NCBI GenBank assembly: GCA_965279525.1
Contig: CBDIIB010000002.1
Coordinates: 384,001-448,000, forward strand
Reading direction: 5' to 3'
DNA length: 64,000 nt
Source of the DNA: Tagaea sp.
GTDB taxonomy: Bacteria; Pseudomonadota; Alphaproteobacteria; CACIAM-22H2
Within the stretch, counting starts at the first letter, position 1, and every line of letters starts with the position of its first letter. The notes under the pieces are model-generated. The model did not search any database and had not been told where the DNA came from. It saw nothing but the letters and a program-made list of their open reading frames with translations. Below are positions 40,715 to 48,037 of this stretch, in pieces. Made by a program: the position numbers and the translations under genes.

Positions 40715-41439
40715 GCCGCCACCAGTTCGCCGACCGGTTCGCCACGCTCGGCGGCCCGTTCGAGCGCCGGCCATTCGCGTGCCGGGACCTCGTGGAAGCT
40801 GACCTGGTCGCCGGTGCCCATCAGGAACATCGGATCGCGGCCCGGATGGAAGTTGCGCATCGGCGTGCGGCCGAGAACGTGCCAGCCGCTCGGGGCGGCC
40901 TGGCACTGGATGCAGGCCTGCACGCCGCCGATCATGATGGCGCCGGCCGGCGTGACCGCGCGCGGCGCGTCGCGCCTTGGCGTGGCGATCGCGGGATCGA
41001 GGCCGCCCAGATAGGCGAAACCCGGCGTGAAGCCGATCATGTAGATGCGGTAATCGCCGGCGACATGGCGGGCGATCAGTTCGCGCGTGGTGATGGCGTG
41101 CCGGCGGGCGACCGCGTCGATATCCATGCCGGCCTCGCCGCCATAGACGACGGGGACCCGCCAGCGCCGGCCGTTCGCCGGCTGCGGCTGCGCGTGCGTG
41201 GCGATCGTGCGCAGGCTGGCGGCAAGTTCGGAGAAACCGGCCGCGACCGGATCGTAGCGGACGAACAGCGAGCGGTAGGTCGGGATCGTCTCGAGCACGC
41301 CGGCGACGGCGGCGCGCGTCACTGCGGCATCGAAACCGAGCACGCGCGCGTTGATCGCCGAATCGACCGTATCGCCGAACTCGACCGTCAGGGCTGCATC
41401 GCCGCAGGGCAGGATGCGGAACTTCGCTGGCAGGCTCAT
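40711..41439 (-). CDS. pxpB: 5-oxoprolinase subunit B
   Basis: GDAALTVEFG, IPTYRSL, GFTPGFAYLG, PSGWHVLGRT. Confidence 0.9.
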   Translation of the reverse strand: MSLPAKFRILPCGDAALTVEFGDTVDSAINARVLGFDAAVTRAAVAGVLETIPTYRSLFVRYDPVAAGFSELAASLRTIATHAQPQPANGRRWRVPVVYGGEAGMDIDAVARRHAITTRELIARHVAGDYRIYMIGFTPGFAYLGGLDPAIATPRRDAPRAVTPAGAIMIGGVQACIQCQAAPSGWHVLGRTPMRNFHPGRDPMFLMGTGDQVSFHEVPAREWPALERAAERGEPVGELVAA

Positions 41440-41520
41440 GGCAGGACCCCAGAAGACCATTTCGCCGCCGCGCGGTCTACTGCTCGACGGCCGGGCATCG
41501 ATGCGGCACTGTGTCGTGGC

Positions 41521-42102
41521 ATGCTCCCGCCGCTCGCGATCTCTCCCGACCGTTTCATCGCCTTTCCGTGGAAGAACGGGCAGGGGGTGACGATGGATAT
41601 CGCGGCCGCCCATCGTGCCGGCGGCCGGCCGGGCGACTGGGAGACCGTCGTCTGGCGGTTCGGGCGCACCGGCATCGGCAAACCGGGACCGTTTTCCGAA
41701 ATGGCCGGTTTCGAGCGCCTGCAGGTCGTGGTCAAGGGGCGGGGCCTTCGTCTGCGGGCGGCCGATGGCGGCGAGATCGACGTCCGCACGCCCTTCGTAC
41801 CCGTCCGATTCGACGGCGCCACCCGGATCGATTCGGTCCTCGACGAGGGGCCGGTCGAAGTCGTCAACCTGATCGTCCGCCGCGATTTCGCGACCGGCGG
41901 ACTGCTCGTCGCACCGGCCGGAACGGCTGCGGTGCTGGTGCCGGGCGTCCACGTCGTCTACGCGCCGGAAAGCGATCTGGCGCTTGTCCTCGACACGGTG
42001 GCGCACACGGTTCCCGCCGGCCATGCGCTGCGGTTCGACGGCAGCCCGGCAGTCCGCATCGCCGCCGGCCGAGCCGTGATCGCGACGGTCGCGCCGAAAT
42101 AG
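41521..42102 (+). CDS. hutD: HutD/Ves family protein
   Basis: PWKNGQGVT, WRFG, GPFSEMAGFER, VVNLIVRR. Confidence 0.85.
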   Translation: MLPPLAISPDRFIAFPWKNGQGVTMDIAAAHRAGGRPGDWETVVWRFGRTGIGKPGPFSEMAGFERLQVVVKGRGLRLRAADGGEIDVRTPFVPVRFDGATRIDSVLDEGPVEVVNLIVRRDFATGGLLVAPAGTAAVLVPGVHVVYAPESDLALVLDTVAHTVPAGHALRFDGSPAVRIAAGRAVIATVAPK

Positions 42103-42106
42103 GACG

Positions 42107-43522
42107 TCAGCCCGGAACCTTGGGCGCCGTGCGGTGGTATTGTGTCTCGCGCTCGAACGCGGCCCCCAACGCGAACAAAGTGGGCTCGTCGAACGGCCGG
42201 CCGCCGAGCTGCAGGCCCATCGGCAATCCCTGCGAGTCGAACCCGGCGGGGACCGAAAGGGCCGGCAGCCCCATCGCGTTGAACGGTCGCGACAGGCGCG
42301 TGAGCTTGCCCAGCGTCGCCGGCATCGCGTCGCTGTCGGCGACGTCGGTCGCCGCGATCGTCGGGACCGGAACGGCGCAGACAGGTGCCAGCACCGCGTC
42401 GCACTTGTCGAACACGTCGGAAAGGAAACGCGACAGCGTCGCCGCGCGGATGCGCTGCGCGTCGAGATAGGCGACCGCCGGCACGACCAGGCCCGGCAGC
42501 AGGCGTGCGCGGACCTGCGGCGAATATTCGTCGAGCCGCGTCTCGAGCCAGGGCCGGTGCGCCGAAGCACCCTCGGCCACCGTCACCAGGGCGCCGGCCG
42601 CGTTGACCGCCTCGAGATCGGGGATCCTGACGCGCGTGACCGAAACGCCGAGCCGCGTGAACACGGCGACCGCATCGTCCAGCATCTTCGCGATGTCGGG
42701 ATGGAGGTCTTCGTCGAAATAGCCGGTCGCGAGCCCCAGCCGCAAGCCCTTGACCGGACGGGCGCACGCCGCTTCGTAGTCCGGCACGGGCTCGCCCGCT
42801 GCCGTCGAATCTTCGCTGTCGGGTCCGGCAATGGCACCGAACAGGCGTGCGCAGTCGACGACCGTGCGCGCGAGCGGGCCGACCGTGTCCATCGTCCAGG
42901 AAAGCGTCATGGCGCCATGCCGGCTGACGCGGCCCCAGGTCGGCTTGATGCCGGCAAGGCCGTTGCAGAAGGCCGGCATGCGGATCGATCCGCCTGTATC
43001 CGAGCCCAGCGCCCCGAACACGAGCCGTGCCGCGACCGAAGCGCCGGACCCCGACGACGAGCCGCCGGTGATGTGCGCGGTGTTCCACGGGTTGCGGGCG
43101 TGGCCGAAATGATAGTTGTGGCCGGTCGGGCCGAAGGCGAATTCGGCCATGTTGAGCGTGCCGAGATCGACCGCACCGGCGGCGTCGAGACGCGCAAGTG
43201 CCGTGGCCGTGACGGACGGTTTCCAGTCGCGCCGGATCTTCGAGCCGCATGTCGCGGTCCGGCCGGCGCGGTAATACATGTCCTTGTGGGCGAGCGGCAC
43301 GCCGTGAAGCCTGCCCGATCCTGGCTTTGCGTCGGCCGCCCGTGCGGTGGCAAGTGCGGCGTCGGCATCGAGTGCGATGAAGGCGTTGAGCGCCGGCTGC
43401 CAGGCCTTCGCGCGCGCGATGCATGCCGTGGTGATCTCGACCGACGAGATCTTGCGTGCGCCGATCGCGTCGGCGATCTCGACCAGGGTGGCTTGCGTGG
43501 GATCGGCGGGCAGGGCGCTCAT
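42107..43522 (-). CDS. amidase signature family enzyme
   Basis: LHGVPLAHKD, GGSSSGS, GSDTGGSIRMPA (Ser-cisSer-Lys), GLPMGLQL. Confidence 0.93.
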   Translation of the reverse strand: MSALPADPTQATLVEIADAIGARKISSVEITTACIARAKAWQPALNAFIALDADAALATARAADAKPGSGRLHGVPLAHKDMYYRAGRTATCGSKIRRDWKPSVTATALARLDAAGAVDLGTLNMAEFAFGPTGHNYHFGHARNPWNTAHITGGSSSGSGASVAARLVFGALGSDTGGSIRMPAFCNGLAGIKPTWGRVSRHGAMTLSWTMDTVGPLARTVVDCARLFGAIAGPDSEDSTAAGEPVPDYEAACARPVKGLRLGLATGYFDEDLHPDIAKMLDDAVAVFTRLGVSVTRVRIPDLEAVNAAGALVTVAEGASAHRPWLETRLDEYSPQVRARLLPGLVVPAVAYLDAQRIRAATLSRFLSDVFDKCDAVLAPVCAVPVPTIAATDVADSDAMPATLGKLTRLSRPFNAMGLPALSVPAGFDSQGLPMGLQLGGRPFDEPTLFALGAAFERETQYHRTAPKVPG

Positions 43523-43710
43523 GCGCGCTTGCCCTGCGAAAGGCCGCGCACGAGGTGCGACGGTTCGCTGTCGAAAGGAAGGTGGGTGCGCGCGACGACC
43601 GCGATCTGCGGCCCCGCGAGCGTCACCATGCGCGCCCGGTCGGCCGACGTGGTCGCGACATCGAGCAGTTCGGCGTTGGCGGCGGCGGTCTTGTCGTCGA
43701 GCGGGCGCAT
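43519..43710 (-). CDS. 63-aa protein coupled to amidase (possible small partner subunit)
   Basis: Strong SD AAGGAGGA 4 nt before ATG; ATGA overlap with amidase start. Confidence 0.7.
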   Translation of the reverse strand: MRPLDDKTAAANAELLDVATTSADRARMVTLAGPQIAVVARTHLPFDSEPSHLVRGLSQGKRA

Positions 43711-43750
43711 CCGGTCCTCCTTGGAGAGGCGGACCGGTGTTTCGCGCTAC

Positions 43751-43765
43751 GCAATCCGGATGCCG
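43751..43765 (-). promoter_or_regulatory. sigma54-like promoter
   Basis: Minus strand CGGCAT-CCGGA-TTGC (GG-N10-GC), 40 nt before the small ORF. Confidence 0.45.
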
Positions 43766-43813
43766 CCGCCGGACAGTTTGGTCCGGCGGCGGATCAGGCT
43801 CAAGAAGTTTGGA

Positions 43814-45037
43814 TCAGGCCGCGCGACGGACCGGGGCTTCGCCCGGCATTTCCAGACGCGGGATCTGCTTGCGGATCAGGCGCTCGATGTCGCGCAGGAA
43901 GCTGCGCTCCGACGGATCGCAAAGCGAGATCGCCGTGCCGTCGGCACCGGCGCGCGCCGTGCGGCCGATGCGGTGGACGTAGCTTTCCGCGACGTTCGGC
44001 AGGTCGTAGTTGATGACGTGGCCGACGGCATCGACGTCGATGCCGCGTGCCGCGATGTCGGTCGCCACCAGGACGCGGCAGTTGCCGTTCTTGAAGGCGC
44101 CGAGGGCGCGCTCGCGCTGGCCCTGGCTCTTGTTGCCGTGGATCGCCTGGGCGGGGATGCCCGAGCGCTCGAGATGCTCGACCACGCGGTCGGCGCCGCG
44201 CTTGGTGCGCGCGAAGACGAGCGTGCGGCTCGTCGCGACCTTCTTGAGAAGGTCGACGAGGACCTGGCGCTTCTTGGCGGCGTCGCAGAACACGACCTTC
44301 TGCTCGACGCGGGTGGCCGTCGTGGCGACGGGCGTGACCGCGACGCGCACGGGGTTGCGCAGCAGCTCGTCGGCGAGATTGCCGATTTCCTTGGGCATCG
44401 TGGCCGAGAAGAACAGGTTCTGGCGATCCTTGGGCAGCAGCGGGATCAGCTTGCGGATGTCGCGCATGAAGCCCAGATCGAGCATCTGGTCGGCCTCGTC
44501 GAGGACGAAGATCTCGGTCTTGTCGAGGCGCAGCGTGCCCTGGCTCAGATGGTCGAGCAGGCGGCCCGGCGTGGCGACGACGATGTCGACGCCGCTCTGC
44601 AGCTGGCGGGCCTGGGGCCCGAACGAGACGCCGCCATAGACGACCGCGCCGCGGATCGGCAGTTCGCGCCCGTAGGCGCGGAAGCTGTCGGCGATCTGGC
44701 CGGCGAGTTCGCGCGTCGGCGACAGCACGAGCACGCGGCACAGGCCACGGCCCGGACGCTGCTGGTTGGCCATCAGACGGTGGAGGATCGGGAGCGCGAA
44801 GGCGGCGGTCTTGCCGGTGCCGGTCTGCGCGATGCCGAGGAGGTCCTTGCCGGCCATCACCTGCGGGATTGCCTGCAGCTGGATCGGGGTCGGGGTCGTG
44901 TAACCCTCGGCGAGAACCGCCTTGAGGATCGGGCCGGAAAGGCCGAGCGTGTCGAAGGTGGGGCCGGCGGGCATGTGGATCGGGGTCGGGGTCGCGGTCT
45001 GGATCGCGGTGTTGTCGTTCTGGATGACTTCAGTCAC
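43814..45037 (-). CDS. rhlE: DEAD-box RNA helicase, RhlE-like
   Basis: Q motif PTPIQ, AQTGTGKT, PTRELA, TPGR, DEAD, SAT, ARGID, HRIGRTAR; GTG start after AAAAGAG. Confidence 0.9.
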   Translation of the reverse strand: MTEVIQNDNTAIQTATPTPIHMPAGPTFDTLGLSGPILKAVLAEGYTTPTPIQLQAIPQVMAGKDLLGIAQTGTGKTAAFALPILHRLMANQQRPGRGLCRVLVLSPTRELAGQIADSFRAYGRELPIRGAVVYGGVSFGPQARQLQSGVDIVVATPGRLLDHLSQGTLRLDKTEIFVLDEADQMLDLGFMRDIRKLIPLLPKDRQNLFFSATMPKEIGNLADELLRNPVRVAVTPVATTATRVEQKVVFCDAAKKRQVLVDLLKKVATSRTLVFARTKRGADRVVEHLERSGIPAQAIHGNKSQGQRERALGAFKNGNCRVLVATDIAARGIDVDAVGHVINYDLPNVAESYVHRIGRTARAGADGTAISLCDPSERSFLRDIERLIRKQIPRLEMPGEAPVRRAA

Positions 45038-45244
45038 TGAGTTCTCTTTTCGTCGAATATAGACAGTCGCGCGGCGGTCGCCCTCGCAAGGGTCGATGCC
45101 GTGTGCCACGGGGCTATCCGGTTCTGGGACCGCCCGTGCGTGTCCGGGCGAGGTGTCTTGGAGTGTCCGGCGGGTCGCGATCAACTCGTCGATCGCGCTC
45201 ACGCGAGCCGGAAACCAAAGGCCGCACGAGGCGGCGCGACACGG

Positions 45245-45273
45245 GTTATGCGTTGTGCGGTGCAATAAGTCAA
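45245..45273 (-). promoter_or_regulatory. sigma70 promoter of helicase, about 200-nt 5' UTR
   Basis: Minus strand TTGACT-N17-CATAAC. Confidence 0.6.
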
Positions 45274-45365
45274 GCGATGCGGGTATTTGGCTCCGCATGG
45301 CTGCCTTCCGCAGGGCGCAGGGTCGTGGATGTCGCCGGCAAAAGGGTTTGCTAGGCTGGCCGGCG

Positions 45366-46589
45366 ATGCCACTGGATATCGACCCGCGCGCAGCCGATTT
45401 CATTGCCGATCCCTATCCGGCGCTTGCGGCGATTCGCGGCGTCCAGCCGGTTTTCCGGTCTGCCGCTCTCGGTGGCTGGGTCGTCACGCGCCATGCCGAC
45501 TGCAAGGCCCTGCTCAAGGATCCACGCCTTTCGGCCGACCGCATGGGCCCGTTCTTCGGTCACATGCCGCCCGACCGGCGCGCGCGCGTCGAGCACCTCG
45601 AAGCCATGGTCACGCGTTGGGCCGTCTTCGTCGATCCGCCGGACCACACACGCCTGCGCGGCCTGATGAACAAGGCGTTCAGTCCGCGCGCGATCGACGG
45701 ACTCGGCCCCCTCGTGGCGCGCCGCGTCGATGCGCTGATCGACGCGTTCGCCGGACGCGAGCGGATCGACTTCATCCGCGACTTCGCCTATCCGCTTCCT
45801 GCGACCGTCATCGCCGACCTGCTCGGCGTGCCGCTCGAGGACGTGGACCTGCTCAAGCGCTGGTCGGACGATCTGGGTGCTTTCGTGCTGACCGCGCGCG
45901 CGACCCCCGACAAGTACGAACGCGCCGAGGCGGCCGCGCGCGAGATGGAAGGATATTTCGGCGATCTCGTCGCCGCGCGCCGCGTCAATCCGGGCGACGA
46001 TGCCGCCTCGTGGATGATCGGCGCCGCCGACCGCGATGCGCGCATGTCGAGCGAGGAACTCGTCGCCACATGCGTGCTGCTGCTGTTCGCCGGCCACGAG
46101 ACCACGACCCACCTTATCGGCAACGGCCTGTGGTCGCTGCTGACGCATCCCGAGCAGATGGCGCGTTTCCGCGATCAAGCGCACGACCTCGCTTTCGTCG
46201 AGGGTGCCGTCGAAGAGATGCTGCGCTGGGACGGCCCGAGCCTTGCCCAGGTGCGCGTGGCGCGCGACAGGCTCGACTGGCAGGGGGCGACGTTCGAGCC
46301 GGGCGACCGCATCTTCCTGATGCTGGCCGCGGCCGACCGCGATCCGGCGGTGTTTGCCGAGCCCGATCGATTCGATCTCGGGCGCGAGCCCAATCCGCAT
46401 CTGGCGTTCGGGTTCGGCATCCATTTCTGCGTGGGTGCGCCGCTGGCGCGGCTGGAGGCGCGCATCGCGTTCCCGCGCCTGCTGGCACGTCTGCCGCACA
46501 TGGCACTTGCGCCGCAGACGTTGCGCTGGTCGGACAATCTCGTCGTGCGCGGCCTGCATGCGCTCGAACTCGAACTTGGCAATCCCTAG
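45366..46589 (+). CDS. cytochrome P450
   Basis: DPPDHTRLR, AGHETT I-helix, EEMLR, heme motif FGFGIHFCVG. Confidence 0.95.
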   Translation: MPLDIDPRAADFIADPYPALAAIRGVQPVFRSAALGGWVVTRHADCKALLKDPRLSADRMGPFFGHMPPDRRARVEHLEAMVTRWAVFVDPPDHTRLRGLMNKAFSPRAIDGLGPLVARRVDALIDAFAGRERIDFIRDFAYPLPATVIADLLGVPLEDVDLLKRWSDDLGAFVLTARATPDKYERAEAAAREMEGYFGDLVAARRVNPGDDAASWMIGAADRDARMSSEELVATCVLLLFAGHETTTHLIGNGLWSLLTHPEQMARFRDQAHDLAFVEGAVEEMLRWDGPSLAQVRVARDRLDWQGATFEPGDRIFLMLAAADRDPAVFAEPDRFDLGREPNPHLAFGFGIHFCVGAPLARLEARIAFPRLLARLPHMALAPQTLRWSDNLVVRGLHALELELGNP

Positions 46590-46601
46590 GAACCGGACCC
46601 G

Positions 46602-47879
46602 ATGCGCGAGGCACTGAAAGTCTATCTGCCGATCGTCCTGCTCGTCGTCGCCGGATTCGCGGTGGCGCTCCGTTTCGTGGCGCCGCCGCCGCCCGACCGG
46701 ATCGTTTTCGCCGCAGGTGCGCCGGGCGGATCATATCTCGAATTCGCAAGACGCTATGCCGAGGTCCTCGCCAAGGACCGGGTCATTCTCGAGATCGTCG
46801 AGACAGCCGGTGCCGTCGACAACCTGCACCGCCTGTCCGACAGGACGACGCCGGTCGAGGTCGGGCTGATGCAGGGCGGAGTCGGTTCGGAAGAAGGCTC
46901 GCCGGGGCTCGTGGCGCTGGCGTCGGTCTTCTATGAGCCGGTCTGGCTGGTCCTTCGTACCGACCTCGATGTCGACAGGCTCTACGATCTTCGCGCACGG
47001 CGCATCGCGATCGGGCGCGACGGCTCGGGCACGCAGATCCTCGTGCGCCAGGTGCTGCGCGCCAACGGGCTCGACGTCACGCGCGATGTCGACGCGCGTC
47101 AGATCGGCACCGACGATTCGTTCGCCGCATTGCGCGGCGGCTTGATCGACGCGGCGTTCTTCGTCGCCGCTCGTGCGCCGGCTGCCCTCGTTGACCTGCT
47201 GGCCGAAGGCAAGCACCGGCTCTACAGTTTCGAGCGTCACGCGGCCTATCGTCACAATTTCCCGTTTCTGGCGTCGATCACGCTGCCGGCGGGTGCTCTC
47301 GATCTCGCGCGCGACGTGCCGAACAACGACACGATCCTGCTGGCCCCCGTGGCGCAGATCGTCGCGCGCGAGGATTTCCATCCCGCACTCGTGCAGTTGC
47401 TCGTCAAGGCGGCGAAGGAAGTGCACGGGCCGCGGCAGATCTTCGCGCCCGCCGGCGCGTTTCCGACGACGCGCTATGCCGACTTTCCGCTCCACGAGGA
47501 CTCCGAACGGCTTATCGAGCGTGGCCCCAATTTCCTGGCACGCTATCTGCCGTTCTGGGCGGCCGTGCTTGTCGAGCGCAGCCTCGTGATGCTGATCCCG
47601 TTCGTCACGTTGATGATCCCGCTCGCGCGCATCGCACCCCCGGCCTACCGCTGGCAGGTCCGGGCCAAGATCTTCTCGAAGTACAAGACGCTGCGGCGGA
47701 TCGAATCCGAGCTGCGCGCGGCCACGACGCCGCTGCAGCGGGCGGCACTCCTGTCGGAGCTGGACGTACTACAAGCCGCTGCCGGCGCCCTGAAAGTCCC
47801 GTCCGGATATGCCGACATGCTGTTCAATCTGCGGCTCCACATCCGGTTCGTCCGCGAAATCGTGGCCGAATCCCGGTGA
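46602..47879 (+). CDS. TAXI-family TRAP solute-receptor-like protein with N- and C-terminal membrane helices
   Basis: AAGAPGGSY, ETAGAVDNL, SVFYEPVW, IAIGRDGSGT, FPLH; extra TM VMLIPFVTLMIPLA plus helical tail. Confidence 0.8.
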   Translation: MREALKVYLPIVLLVVAGFAVALRFVAPPPPDRIVFAAGAPGGSYLEFARRYAEVLAKDRVILEIVETAGAVDNLHRLSDRTTPVEVGLMQGGVGSEEGSPGLVALASVFYEPVWLVLRTDLDVDRLYDLRARRIAIGRDGSGTQILVRQVLRANGLDVTRDVDARQIGTDDSFAALRGGLIDAAFFVAARAPAALVDLLAEGKHRLYSFERHAAYRHNFPFLASITLPAGALDLARDVPNNDTILLAPVAQIVAREDFHPALVQLLVKAAKEVHGPRQIFAPAGAFPTTRYADFPLHEDSERLIERGPNFLARYLPFWAAVLVERSLVMLIPFVTLMIPLARIAPPAYRWQVRAKIFSKYKTLRRIESELRAATTPLQRAALLSELDVLQAAAGALKVPSGYADMLFNLRLHIRFVREIVAESR

Positions 47880-47906
47880 ATATCTGCGTCAAAACAACGC
47901 AGTAGA

Positions 47907-47921
47907 TTAAATCCCGATTGA
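47907..47921. promoter_or_regulatory. CtrA-like box upstream of cheA
   Basis: TTAA-ATCCCGA-TTGA (consensus TTAA-N7-TTAA, one mismatch). Confidence 0.5.
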
Positions 47922-48037
47922 CGTAGCAACGTAAACGGTTCGGTAACTCCGGTAAGGTTAAAACGGTTCCTGACGGTGAACTTGTCCATTCGCTTGGCGA
48001 ATTCGCGGACGGGCCCGGGATGAGGACGGAGAGAAAA

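Noticed and set aside
45336-45352. sigma54 promoter before the P450 (CGGCAAAAGGGTTTGCT)
   Set aside because: GG-to-GC spacing is 11, not the required 10
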